From: Lewinellaceae bacterium
GTDB lineage: Bacteria; Bacteroidota; Bacteroidia; Chitinophagales; Saprospiraceae
NCBI GenBank assembly: GCA_020636155.1
Contig: JACJYM010000001.1
Span: 282,627-346,626 of the forward strand
DNA length: 64,000 bases
Direction of reading: 5' to 3'
Under the pieces are notes generated by a model. The model was not told the DNA's origin. It searched no databases and was given only the letters and a program-made list of their open reading frames with translations. This document shows, piece by piece, positions 48,897-58,877 of the stretch (positions within the stretch are counted from its first letter, which is position 1; every line of letters starts with the position of its first letter). The translations under genes and the position numbers were made by a program.

Positions 48897-50285
48897 TTAT
48901 TCAAAAATCGAATCCAGTGTACTTTTCCAATTGCCAGAGCAATGGTCAGGAAAACAGCGATGTAACACCTCCAACATGGCAGAAACACTCGTGCTTGCTC
49001 CAGGGCTAGCACCGAGAAGTCCTGCAATCGTTCCAGAGTGGTTATGGACTATTTCTGTGCCGAATTGTATGAAGCCATTGCCTTCCTCATCTTTTTTGAT
49101 GATTTGGACTCTTTGCCCAGCTTCTACGACTTTCCAGTCCTCTTTCTTCGCTGAGGGATAATACTTTTTCAACTGAGCAAATTTCTCATCAAAACTCATC
49201 AAAACTTGATCTATCAAATATCGTGTCAATGGAATATTGTCTATACCAGCTTCCACCATTGGTATAATGTTATCAAAATCTAAACTACCAAAAAAATCAA
49301 AATAGGAGCCATGCTTTAAAAATTTTGTGCTAAACCCCGCAAAAGGTCCAAATAACAATTCCTTTTTACCATCAATATATCGTGTATCTAAATGTGGAAC
49401 ACTCATAGGAGGAGCACCCAACTCTGCCATTCCATAGACTTTGGCATGATGCTGATCAATGACTTCATCATTCATACATCGCAACCACTTGCCACCAACT
49501 GGAAATCCTGCATATCCGTCGATTTCATCAATATCCGCCTTATTGAGCAACTTTAATGCACCTCCTCCAGCGCCTACAAAAACAAAAGGTGCTTGATATT
49601 CCAATTTTTCATCCGTGGTTAAATTTTTACAAAATACCACCCACTCGCCGTTATCCACAGGATCAATATCATCTACCAAATGAGCTACATTTATTTCTGT
49701 ACCAAGGCTTTCAGATATTCGAATCAACTCATCCGTTAAGAGTTCGAAATTGACATCATGGCCATTCTCGACCCGAGTCGCTGCCAGTAATTGATCTGGA
49801 TTCCGATGATTCATAATTAATGGAAACCATTCCTGAAGCACTTTCGTATCAGTCGTAAATTGCATGGTATCAAAACCAGGCAAGTCTTTCATGGCATCGA
49901 ATCGTTTCTGTAAAAAATCCTTATTTTCCTCTCCAAAAACCAAACTACAATGGGCTACATGGTGCTTAAAAGTAGGGTCAAGGTGATAACGGTCAATCAA
50001 ATATTGCCAAAATTTAAGGCTTTGCGAAAATTGTGAATGTACTTTTTCTGCTTTATGTGTATCTATGATACCATCAATCTCGGGAGTGTAATTAAGTTCA
50101 CAATTACCTTGATGCCCTGTCCCGGCATTATTCCATGCTGCACTGCTTTCCTTGGCCACTTTATCGAACCGCTCAAGTAGGATGATGTTCCAATCTGGCT
50201 GTAAAATCTTTAAGAGTACGGACATCGTTGCCCCCATGATACCACCACCTATGATGATTACGTCGGATTTCAATTTATCTGCCAT
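48897..50285 (-). CDS. mqo: malate:quinone oxidoreductase
   Basis: 462 aa. The FAD-binding motif is 'DVIIIGGGIMGATMSVLL'. Overall length and motifs are typical of Mqo. Confidence 0.85.
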   Translation of the reverse strand: MADKLKSDVIIIGGGIMGATMSVLLKILQPDWNIILLERFDKVAKESSAAWNNAGTGHQGNCELNYTPEIDGIIDTHKAEKVHSQFSQSLKFWQYLIDRYHLDPTFKHHVAHCSLVFGEENKDFLQKRFDAMKDLPGFDTMQFTTDTKVLQEWFPLIMNHRNPDQLLAATRVENGHDVNFELLTDELIRISESLGTEINVAHLVDDIDPVDNGEWVVFCKNLTTDEKLEYQAPFVFVGAGGGALKLLNKADIDEIDGYAGFPVGGKWLRCMNDEVIDQHHAKVYGMAELGAPPMSVPHLDTRYIDGKKELLFGPFAGFSTKFLKHGSYFDFFGSLDFDNIIPMVEAGIDNIPLTRYLIDQVLMSFDEKFAQLKKYYPSAKKEDWKVVEAGQRVQIIKKDEEGNGFIQFGTEIVHNHSGTIAGLLGASPGASTSVSAMLEVLHRCFPDHCSGNWKSTLDSIFE

Positions 50286-50336
50286 AAAGTCTATTGAAAA
50301 TTAATTATTGATGCTTACAATTGGCAATTTAAACCC

Positions 50337-51107
50337 CTACTCCGCCATTTCCATCTCTATGCAGCAATGATCAGAGTGCAACACATGAGGGTAATGGACG
50401 ACTGATTGTACCCGATCCTTTAATGTATCAGAGACCGAGATGTAATCAATCCGCCAGCCTTTGTTTTTCTGCCTCGAACCAGCTCTATAACTCCACCACG
50501 AATACACATCCTGTTGCTCTGAGTGCAACCACCGAAAGGCATCTGTAAATCCCATCTTGCCGAACCAATCGTCCATCCATGCTCTCTCCTCAGGTCGATA
50601 ACCCGATGGATTGTCCTTGCGTTCAGGATTGTGAATGTCAATTTCTTTATGTACAATGTTGTAATCACCTACGATGATAAGATTGGGTCTTTCCTTCTTA
50701 AGTGTCTCTATCCAAGGTGCAAAATCTGCTAAAAATTGCATTTTGAATTCATGTCGGTCTTCTCCGCTACTTCCTGATGGAAAATAACAATTGAGCAATG
50801 TGATATCCCCAAAGTCCGTTCTCAAAATTCTGCCCTCGCTGTCATATTTTTGATTATTCATACCGGCAATCACCTGTGTGGCCGGAGTTTTTGTAAATGT
50901 TGCCACTCCACTGTAACCCTTTTTTTCGGCACTGTGCCAGTAGTGATGATACCCCGCATTATCTAGGACAGACTCGTCGATTTGGCTTTCTTCTGCTTTG
51001 GTTTCTTGAAGGCATAACACGTCAAAATCTTGCTCATCTACCCATTCAAAAAGTCCTTTGGTAATAGCGGCTCTTATGCCGTTCACGTTGTAGGTTGCGA
51101 TTTTCAT
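50337..51107 (-). CDS. xth: exodeoxyribonuclease III (AP endonuclease)
   Basis: 256 aa. 'MKIATYNVNGIRAA', 'CLQETK', and a C-terminal 'SDHC' catalytic His region. Confidence 0.9.
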   Translation of the reverse strand: MKIATYNVNGIRAAITKGLFEWVDEQDFDVLCLQETKAEESQIDESVLDNAGYHHYWHSAEKKGYSGVATFTKTPATQVIAGMNNQKYDSEGRILRTDFGDITLLNCYFPSGSSGEDRHEFKMQFLADFAPWIETLKKERPNLIIVGDYNIVHKEIDIHNPERKDNPSGYRPEERAWMDDWFGKMGFTDAFRWLHSEQQDVYSWWSYRAGSRQKNKGWRIDYISVSDTLKDRVQSVVHYPHVLHSDHCCIEMEMAE

Positions 51108-51122
51108 TCTAAAATTATTACA

Positions 51123-52655
51123 TTAAAGCAATTCGTTGATGTCTGTTTTTACTCTCACGTGGTCTGCGATGCGATCTATCGGAATTCTTACTTGCTCCAG
51201 GGTATCTCGATCTCTTATCGTCACGGAATTATCTTCTAAAGTATCAAAATCAATGGTCACACAGTACGGTGTACCAATGGCATCTTGTCGGCGATAGCGA
51301 CGTCCGATGGCATCTTTTTCATCGTATTGAACATTGAAGTGTTTTTTCAATGAATTGAATACATCCGTGGCAGCATTGGTGAGTTCTTCTTTATTTTTCA
51401 AGAGAGGTAGCACCGCAATTTTTACAGGAGCCAATGCAGGATGCAGCTTAAGCACTGTACGAGTACTTTCATTGCCCTCCGCATCAGGGACGGCTTCCTC
51501 TTGCAAGGCATTGCTCAGTTGTGCCAAAAACATTCGGTCACAACCGATGGAAGTTTCGACGACATAAGGCACATAATTTTCGTTCAGTTCTGGGTCAAAA
51601 AACTGCAATTTCTTACCTGATAATTCTTGGTGTTGACTCAAGTCAAAATCAGTACGGGAGTGTATGCCCTCTAATTCCCGGAATCCAAATGGAAATTCGA
51701 ACTCAATATCGACGGCGGCATTGGCATAGTGAGCCAAATTGTCATGATCATGAAACCTAAGTTTTGACGCATCAGTTCCGAGTGCTTTGTGCCACTTGAG
51801 CCTCGCTTCTTTCCAATATTCATACCATTGCATTTCTTCTCCAGGTCTTACAAAAAACTGCATTTCCATCTGCTCAAATTCCCTCATTCTGAAGATGAAC
51901 TGTCGAGCGACAATCTCATTTCTGAATGCTTTCCCTATTTGTGCTATCCCAAAAGGAATTTTCTGTCTCGTAGATTTCTGCACATTGAGGAAATTGACGA
52001 AGATACCTTGTGCCGTCTCGGGTCTTAGGTATAATTTTCCTTCCTCGCCAGCAATATTTCCCAGTTGCGTAGAAAACATCAGATTGAACTGGCGTACCTC
52101 AGTCCAGTTTCGACTGCCACTCTCAGGACATACGATTCCGTATTCGTCAATCATGGTTTTAAGTTCGTCCATATTGCCTTCTCGCATCGCATTGCCCAAT
52201 CGCTTCATTACTGCATCTATCTCATTTTGTCGTGCTATGATTCTATCATTCGTCGTACGGAATTGCTGCTCGTCAAACGCATCACCAAAACGGCTTTTCG
52301 CCTTATCAACATCCTTCTGTATTTTGGCTTCAATTTTTTCAGCATAGCCTTCTATTAATTGATCGGCACGATATCTCTTTTTAGAATCTTTATTGTCAAT
52401 CAAAGGGTCATTAAAAGCATCAACATGTCCTGATGCTTTCCACGTTTTAGGATGCATAAAAATGGCGGCATCGATACCTACAATATTCTCATGCATTTGC
52501 ACCATGGATTTCCACCAATATTGCTTGATGTTATTCTTTAATTCTACCCCATAAGGGCCATAATCATAAGCGGCACTTAGACCATCATAGATTTCGCTTG
52601 ATTGAAAAATAAATCCGTATTCTTTGCTATGACTGATTATATCTTTAATATCCAT
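51123..52655 (-). CDS. glyQS: glycine--tRNA ligase (dimeric class II type)
   Basis: 510 aa. 'GFIFQSSEIYDGLSAAYDYGPYGVELKNNI', class II motifs and a C-terminal anticodon-binding domain. Confidence 0.9.
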   Translation of the reverse strand: MDIKDIISHSKEYGFIFQSSEIYDGLSAAYDYGPYGVELKNNIKQYWWKSMVQMHENIVGIDAAIFMHPKTWKASGHVDAFNDPLIDNKDSKKRYRADQLIEGYAEKIEAKIQKDVDKAKSRFGDAFDEQQFRTTNDRIIARQNEIDAVMKRLGNAMREGNMDELKTMIDEYGIVCPESGSRNWTEVRQFNLMFSTQLGNIAGEEGKLYLRPETAQGIFVNFLNVQKSTRQKIPFGIAQIGKAFRNEIVARQFIFRMREFEQMEMQFFVRPGEEMQWYEYWKEARLKWHKALGTDASKLRFHDHDNLAHYANAAVDIEFEFPFGFRELEGIHSRTDFDLSQHQELSGKKLQFFDPELNENYVPYVVETSIGCDRMFLAQLSNALQEEAVPDAEGNESTRTVLKLHPALAPVKIAVLPLLKNKEELTNAATDVFNSLKKHFNVQYDEKDAIGRRYRRQDAIGTPYCVTIDFDTLEDNSVTIRDRDTLEQVRIPIDRIADHVRVKTDINELL

Positions 52656-52823
52656 TACTAAATTCGTATTTTAAAATAGAATTGCAAAAGTACATTTTCG
52701 TAGAAAAGAATTTCAATTAATACCACCTTAAATCATTTGATACCAAATTATAATTGGAGCAGTCAATTTAGATTTTGTGTGATTGTTTTACTTTTGTCCT
52801 AACTTTGAATCAATGCAGAAACG

Positions 52824-55295
52824 GTGAATATATTCAGCTTGGCATATTGTCTCGTACTTTTAATTTTCCTACCGGTGGTTGGTATGGGACAGGTGTCTGG
52901 AAAAATTGTGGATATCGAGGGTTCTCCTTTGGCATTTGCGAGTATTTATATAGAAAACTCTTCTTCCGGCACCTTTTCAAATCAAAATGGAGAGTACAAA
53001 CTTGATCTTTCGATACCAGGAAATTATACCATTAACTGTGCTTATGTAGGCTACGAAACCGAGTCTATAAATATCAATATCAAAGATTTGTCACAACCAA
53101 AAACCGTTAATTTTCAACTCAAAGAGGCGAGTTATGTCATTTCTGCAATAATGGTGAATGCCGATGCCGAAGATCCTGCATATGCAATCATGAGAAATGT
53201 CATCAAATACAAAAACAAGAATAACCCCGAGTCCTTGGATTTTCAAAATGACTTGTATATCAAAGGGGTTTTAAAATTGATTGATGCCCCAGAAAAGTTT
53301 TTAAATCAAAATATAGGTGATTTGGATGGATTGCTGGATTCCACAAGAAACGCCATTTTATATCTGAGTGAGTCAAAGGCAAAAATCCGGCATCGGGCTC
53401 CTAGACAGTGGAAAGAGGAAATATATGCAGGAAAGACCAGTGGCAGCCAGATAGACCTCACGATGAACAATTATTCTCTGACCAAAATCAACTACTATAA
53501 TAATTATATAGAACTAGAACGAACCCTAGTATCACCACTGAATGACCATGCATTTGACCATTATCGATTTAGGTATGATGGGTCTGTGGTAAACAATGGC
53601 AGATTAACGCATAAAATCGCCATTCTTCCAAAATCAAATGGCAGTCCTTGTTTTAAGGGATATCTTTTTATTGACGACCGTTCCTATGCATTGACATCTC
53701 TCGACCTCAAGATTAATGATGGATTCAATTATGACAGCTTTTTAGACTCCTTAAATGTCAAACAAGTCTTCATGCCTTGGTCTAATACCTATGTCGTCAA
53801 GGACCAAACTTCGAGCATATATGCCCATTTTTTTGCTTTTAAAGCCAGCGGTTATATGGTTTATTCCTTTTCAGACTATGAAGTATTACCTTCATCGTAT
53901 CAATTTGATGAAAATGTATTAATACACCAACCCCAAAGTATTGACCAATCAGAATTGTATTGGGATAGTATCAGACCTGTACCGTTATTAATCGAGGAGA
54001 AAAAGGACTATGTCAAAAGAGATTCTTTGTATATCATTAGAAATTCAAAATCATATCTGGATTCCTTAGATTCGAAATCAAATGCCTTTCATTGGTACAA
54101 TCCTATCACAGGATATACTTGGAATAACTCATTCGAGCATAAACAACTTTCATTTTCGTCATTGCTTACTGCGTTTCAATTCAATGCCATTGAGGGATGG
54201 AATATCAACTATAACCTCGATTACGAAAAAGCCAATAAAAATTATGATAAAGTATTCGCTCTCAGTATCACTCCACGTTACGGTTTTGCGGATAAGAAAT
54301 TTAAGTTCTCACTTGAAGTTCAGTACAAATTTAATAAAATGGATAGAGGCAGGGTTAAATTCAGTGCCGGAAATAATTATCAAAATTTTTATAACGAAAC
54401 AAGTTTCTTCAGTGCATGGAACACTTTTTACAGCCTATTTTATAAAGATAATGAGTCTAAATGGTATCAATCAAAGTATGCACAAATTGATTATTCTAAT
54501 GAAATCACCAATAATTTGTATGTCAATTTTAGGGTCAAGTACGAACAGCGTAATACGTTAAAAGTCAATACAAATTATTCTTTTTTTTATAAGAATGACG
54601 AATATGAAAGTAATGATTTTCCATCCACTAAAGATGTAAATGAAGAGGTCGTGACTCATGGAGGACTACTTTACAGGGTTTCATTTAAGTACCGTCCATT
54701 TATCAAAGTGTATCAATTCGGCAATTTTAAGAGCAAAGTAAGCGGCGGATGGCCAACTTTTAAGGTACAGTATGAACAAGGCATTCCATTGGTGAGTGGT
54801 GATGTTGATTTTTCAAAAATCAGAATGGGAATATCTTGGGATCAGATAAATTTAAAACTATGGGGATATACCGTCTTTAATGTGACGTATGGTTTGTTCT
54901 TGCATCGAGATTTAAGTAGTTTTGTTGATCGTTTTCATTTTGGTGCCAGCCAAAATGGAGTATATAACATCCAAAATGAAAATGCCACTTTTCTGAATAT
55001 GCCACAATACAAATTCAGTACTAATCAAAATTATTTAGAAATTCACCTTCAGCAGCATTTTAATGGATACATCATGGATATGATTCCTTATCTTAGAGAC
55101 CTTGATCTAAAATTTGTTGTAGGTACTTCTTATCTTAATCGTACCTTAGATAGTGACTATCTCGAATGGAATCTCGGCATTGAAAACATAGGAATCGGCC
55201 CGATTAAATTTTTACGAGTGGATTATGTGTGGCAGTATGACTCTCGCAAACTATTCAACTCAGGTTTTAACTTTGGATTCTTATTGAATTTGTAA
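52824..55295 (+). CDS. DUF5686 / carboxypeptidase-regulatory-like domain outer-membrane protein
   Basis: 823 aa. Signal peptide is present. The N-terminal 'GKIVDIEGSPLAFASIYIENSSSGTFSNQNGEYKL' is a CarboxypepD_reg-like domain. The long C-terminus is beta-rich, barrel-like, and ends in an aromatic-rich region. Confidence 0.7.
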   Translation: MNIFSLAYCLVLLIFLPVVGMGQVSGKIVDIEGSPLAFASIYIENSSSGTFSNQNGEYKLDLSIPGNYTINCAYVGYETESININIKDLSQPKTVNFQLKEASYVISAIMVNADAEDPAYAIMRNVIKYKNKNNPESLDFQNDLYIKGVLKLIDAPEKFLNQNIGDLDGLLDSTRNAILYLSESKAKIRHRAPRQWKEEIYAGKTSGSQIDLTMNNYSLTKINYYNNYIELERTLVSPLNDHAFDHYRFRYDGSVVNNGRLTHKIAILPKSNGSPCFKGYLFIDDRSYALTSLDLKINDGFNYDSFLDSLNVKQVFMPWSNTYVVKDQTSSIYAHFFAFKASGYMVYSFSDYEVLPSSYQFDENVLIHQPQSIDQSELYWDSIRPVPLLIEEKKDYVKRDSLYIIRNSKSYLDSLDSKSNAFHWYNPITGYTWNNSFEHKQLSFSSLLTAFQFNAIEGWNINYNLDYEKANKNYDKVFALSITPRYGFADKKFKFSLEVQYKFNKMDRGRVKFSAGNNYQNFYNETSFFSAWNTFYSLFYKDNESKWYQSKYAQIDYSNEITNNLYVNFRVKYEQRNTLKVNTNYSFFYKNDEYESNDFPSTKDVNEEVVTHGGLLYRVSFKYRPFIKVYQFGNFKSKVSGGWPTFKVQYEQGIPLVSGDVDFSKIRMGISWDQINLKLWGYTVFNVTYGLFLHRDLSSFVDRFHFGASQNGVYNIQNENATFLNMPQYKFSTNQNYLEIHLQQHFNGYIMDMIPYLRDLDLKFVVGTSYLNRTLDSDYLEWNLGIENIGIGPIKFLRVDYVWQYDSRKLFNSGFNFGFLLNL

Positions 55296-55339
55296 CTTGC
55301 ATCTTATAAACATTCAACTTCTTCATTAAAACAAGAACA

Positions 55340-56713
55340 TTGGCAAAGACGAAAACAGTATTTTTTTGCAGTAATTGTGGTGCCGAGTCCCCAAAATGGG
55401 TCGGAAAATGTCCATCCTGCGGCGAATGGAACACCTATGTAGAAGAAACCGTAGTCAAGGCGAATACCACCGAAAAAAACACCTTAAGAAAGTCAAAAAA
55501 ACCGAAACCAATACCCATTTCCATTGACTCCATCGAAAGTGGAAATACCCTGAGATATAAGACCGGAAGTAAAGAACTCGACCGAGTGTTGGGTGGTGGA
55601 TTAGTACCTGGAAGCATAATTCTGGTAGGCGGACACCCCGGCATAGGAAAGTCCACACTCTTATTGCAATTGGCTCTGCATCAAAGGAAAACCGTACTAT
55701 ACGTTTCGGGCGAAGAAAGTGCCGAACAGATAAAAATGAGAGCCCTAAGAATCAATAAATCCAATCCTGAATGTCTCATATACAATGAAACCGATGTCTC
55801 AGAAATCGTCAAGCAAGCTGACCAGCTTTCACCCAGTATATTGATCGTCGATTCCATTCAGACGGTGACGAGTCCTTTCATAGATTCGGCGGCTGGGAGT
55901 GTCTCACAAGTAAGAGAATGTACCGCAGAACTCCAGCGATTTGCCAAGGATACCAATATTCCGACATTCATCATTGGACATATCACGAAAGAAGGTGGAA
56001 TAGCTGGGCCAAAAGTACTCGAACATATCGTCGATGTGGTATTGCAATTTGAAGGAGACCAACATTACAGTTATCGGATTTTAAGATCTCTGAAAAACAG
56101 GTTTGGTTCAACTGACGAGTTGGGTATCTATGCCATGGAGAGTACCGGAATGAGAGAAATAGACAATCCCTCAGAGCTATTGCTCTCCCAGAATCCGGAG
56201 GAATCAAGTGGAAATGCCATTGCTGCAACGCTAGAAGGGTTGAGACCATTGATGATCGAGACTCAGGCCTTAGTCAGTACGGCCATATATGGTACACCGC
56301 AGAGGTCGGCCACGGGTTTTGACTTGAGAAGGTTGTCGATGTTGCTCGCTGTATTGGAAAAAAGAGGTGGATTTATGTTTGGTCAGAAAGACGTCTTTCT
56401 CAACATGGCAGGAGGGATCAAAGTCTCGGACCCGGCCATTGACCTCGCCGTGATTACCTCTTTGATATCCTCGCTTGAAGATATTTCTGTCTCTAAAAAA
56501 TGGTGCTTTGCAGGCGAAGTAGGTCTCTCGGGCGAGATACGTCCGGTGAGCAGAGTAGAGCAACGGATTCAGGAGGCTGATAGATTGGGCTTTGAGAAAA
56601 TATTCATCTCAAAGTACAATACCAAGGCGCCATCAAAGAATAAAGAAAAAATTAAAATTGTTCAACTCGCCAAAGTGGAAGACCTTTTGGAAGAAGTATT
56701 TTCAATATATTAA
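55340..56713 (+). CDS. radA: DNA repair protein RadA/Sms
   Basis: 457 aa. The zinc ribbon is 'CSNCGAESPKWVGKCPSCGEWNT', Walker A is 'GGHPGIGKSTL', the KNRFG motif is 'LKNRFGSTDE', and there is a Lon-like C-terminal domain. Confidence 0.93.
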   Translation: MAKTKTVFFCSNCGAESPKWVGKCPSCGEWNTYVEETVVKANTTEKNTLRKSKKPKPIPISIDSIESGNTLRYKTGSKELDRVLGGGLVPGSIILVGGHPGIGKSTLLLQLALHQRKTVLYVSGEESAEQIKMRALRINKSNPECLIYNETDVSEIVKQADQLSPSILIVDSIQTVTSPFIDSAAGSVSQVRECTAELQRFAKDTNIPTFIIGHITKEGGIAGPKVLEHIVDVVLQFEGDQHYSYRILRSLKNRFGSTDELGIYAMESTGMREIDNPSELLLSQNPEESSGNAIAATLEGLRPLMIETQALVSTAIYGTPQRSATGFDLRRLSMLLAVLEKRGGFMFGQKDVFLNMAGGIKVSDPAIDLAVITSLISSLEDISVSKKWCFAGEVGLSGEIRPVSRVEQRIQEADRLGFEKIFISKYNTKAPSKNKEKIKIVQLAKVEDLLEEVFSIY

Positions 56714-56741
56714 TATTCAACAAAATTCAATTTTTTTTTGA

Positions 56742-58700
56742 ATGATAAAGAAGCTCTTTAAAACACGGTTTTCACTCTATTTCGCATCCATATTTATGTA
56801 CACTGGATTAAGTACAATATTGAGAGTGGTGTTATTGAGCCAAAGTTTTTCAGGAATTTCGAGTTCTCCACTGGAATTTTTAAAAATTTTTTTAATCGGA
56901 TTTTATTTTGATTTTGCAGAAGCACTCATCATTTATCTTCCTTATCTGACTTATTTGATACTTTTTCCAAAAAAATTGATTGGAGGCAAAATAGACATTA
57001 TAATGACCTACTTCATTTTTTCGTTGACCTTATTCTTGGTACTATTCGGACTCATGGGAGAAATACCTTTTTGGGATGAATTTCATGCCCGATACAATTT
57101 CATAGCCGTCGATTATCTCATATACACGTATGAAGTGGTACAAAACATCAATGAATCTTATCCAATTCCATGGATACTGACCATACTTATTACCATGATT
57201 GCACTGATTATTTTTGCGTTTAGAAAATGGGGGATATTCACAAGTACATATAGCAAGCAAGATGGTATCAGCAGCAGATTAAAAATGGCTTTTATTCCAT
57301 TGATAATCAGTTTTATATCGATAAAATATGTCAATAATGATCAAGGGAACTGGAGTGAAAATAGATTTAATAATGAGCTCAGTAAAAACGGTGAATTGTC
57401 ATTTTTCGCCGCTTTTCGTTCCAATCAGTTAGACTATAACCAATTTTATAAAAAAATAAATTCCGAGGAAGCCATTGGTATACTTGATAAAGACCTGAGC
57501 TGTAAAAACACACATTTTAATCTCAATTCTGTGGACCCAATTGAACGAAAAATAACGGATTCCTTAGACGAAATTCACCCAAACATCGTCCTTATCACAA
57601 TCGAAAGTTTGAGTGCTGAGTTTTTAGGTTGTTTTGGCAATCAGCAAAACCTCACACCTTTTATGGACTCGCTTTCCACCCAATCGATTTTTTTCTCCAA
57701 TCTTTATGCGACCGGCACGAGAACCGTCAGAGGGATGGAAGCACTGACCTTATGTGTACCTCCTACACCGGGTCATAGTATCGTGAGGAGACCCAATAAT
57801 GAAAATTTATATTCCATCGCTTCTGTTCTCCGTGATAAGGACTATTCCTTGAGTTTTTTGTATGGTGGCGACGGGTATTTTGACAACATGAATTATTTTT
57901 TTGGTAGTCAAGGCTTTAAAATAGTTGATCGAAACCGAGGCAACCCATTATCTGACAACATCGACATCAAAAGACAAAATATTCCTGATGAGGAGGTGAG
58001 CTTTGAAAATGCATGGGGTGTCTGCGATCAAGACATCTATTTTCAATCTTTGAAAGAAGCGGATGAGAATTACGCAAATGGGAAAAGGTTTTTTCAGTTT
58101 ATCATGACCACCTCTAATCACAGACCCTTCACCTATCCCTCTGATAGCTCCATTTTAAATCATAAAAACCGAGACGGGGCTGTCAATTATACGGACTTTG
58201 CTTTGAAAGAATTCATTCAAAATGCAAAATCAAGACCTTGGTTTGCCAATACAGTGTTCGTCATCGTGGCAGATCACTGTGCCAGCAGTGCCGGAAAATG
58301 GGAATTAAACATCGACAAACATCACATTCCTGCATTCATATTTAACCTAAAAGAAGAAAGTCGACGAGTGACTGATTTATGTTCACAAATCGATCTCATG
58401 CCCACACTTTTTGGATACTTGCATTGGTCGTATGACAGCCGATTTTTCGGAATGGATGTAAATCAAATGGATCAATATAAGACGAGAGCTTTCATTGCCA
58501 ATTATCGTACACTAGGATTTCTAAAGGGCAATATACTCACCCAACTCAATGACAAACAGGAAGTAAAACAATTTGACTGGAATTCAGAAACGAATGATTT
58601 GCAACTATTGGAATCTAATGTTGATTCCCTTCAAAAATTATGTATTTCCTATTATCAAGTCGCCTCTCAACGATTTAAAGAAGGGGTAATGAAAGATTAA
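56742..58700 (+). CDS. LTA-synthase-family sulfatase / phosphoglycerol-transferase-like membrane protein
   Basis: 652 aa. Five N-terminal TM helices and an extracytoplasmic alkaline-phosphatase-superfamily domain ('LITIESLSAEF', 'TGTRTVRGMEA', 'VIVADHC'). Confidence 0.8.
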   Translation: MIKKLFKTRFSLYFASIFMYTGLSTILRVVLLSQSFSGISSSPLEFLKIFLIGFYFDFAEALIIYLPYLTYLILFPKKLIGGKIDIIMTYFIFSLTLFLVLFGLMGEIPFWDEFHARYNFIAVDYLIYTYEVVQNINESYPIPWILTILITMIALIIFAFRKWGIFTSTYSKQDGISSRLKMAFIPLIISFISIKYVNNDQGNWSENRFNNELSKNGELSFFAAFRSNQLDYNQFYKKINSEEAIGILDKDLSCKNTHFNLNSVDPIERKITDSLDEIHPNIVLITIESLSAEFLGCFGNQQNLTPFMDSLSTQSIFFSNLYATGTRTVRGMEALTLCVPPTPGHSIVRRPNNENLYSIASVLRDKDYSLSFLYGGDGYFDNMNYFFGSQGFKIVDRNRGNPLSDNIDIKRQNIPDEEVSFENAWGVCDQDIYFQSLKEADENYANGKRFFQFIMTTSNHRPFTYPSDSSILNHKNRDGAVNYTDFALKEFIQNAKSRPWFANTVFVIVADHCASSAGKWELNIDKHHIPAFIFNLKEESRRVTDLCSQIDLMPTLFGYLHWSYDSRFFGMDVNQMDQYKTRAFIANYRTLGFLKGNILTQLNDKQEVKQFDWNSETNDLQLLESNVDSLQKLCISYYQVASQRFKEGVMKD

Positions 58701-58877
58701 TGATGAAAATCGTATAATGGATTCTGATTTAATTATCCAAGAAGACAATTTTTAGAATTTTTACTGAAAATTGAACTGTCATTCAGAGTGAACAAAATGA
58801 TCAAAACCAAAATTTGGCATATTTTTTGACTAACTAAAGTTGACAAGAATTTTTTTTTACTATAAACTACTATAACA

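Noticed and set aside
51787-52358. Plus-strand ORFs 51787-52347 (186 aa), 51789-52028 and 52065-52358 inside glyQS
   Set aside because: They are antisense to the conserved glycyl-tRNA synthetase frame. Their translations are Ser/Cys/Phe-rich with no motifs.
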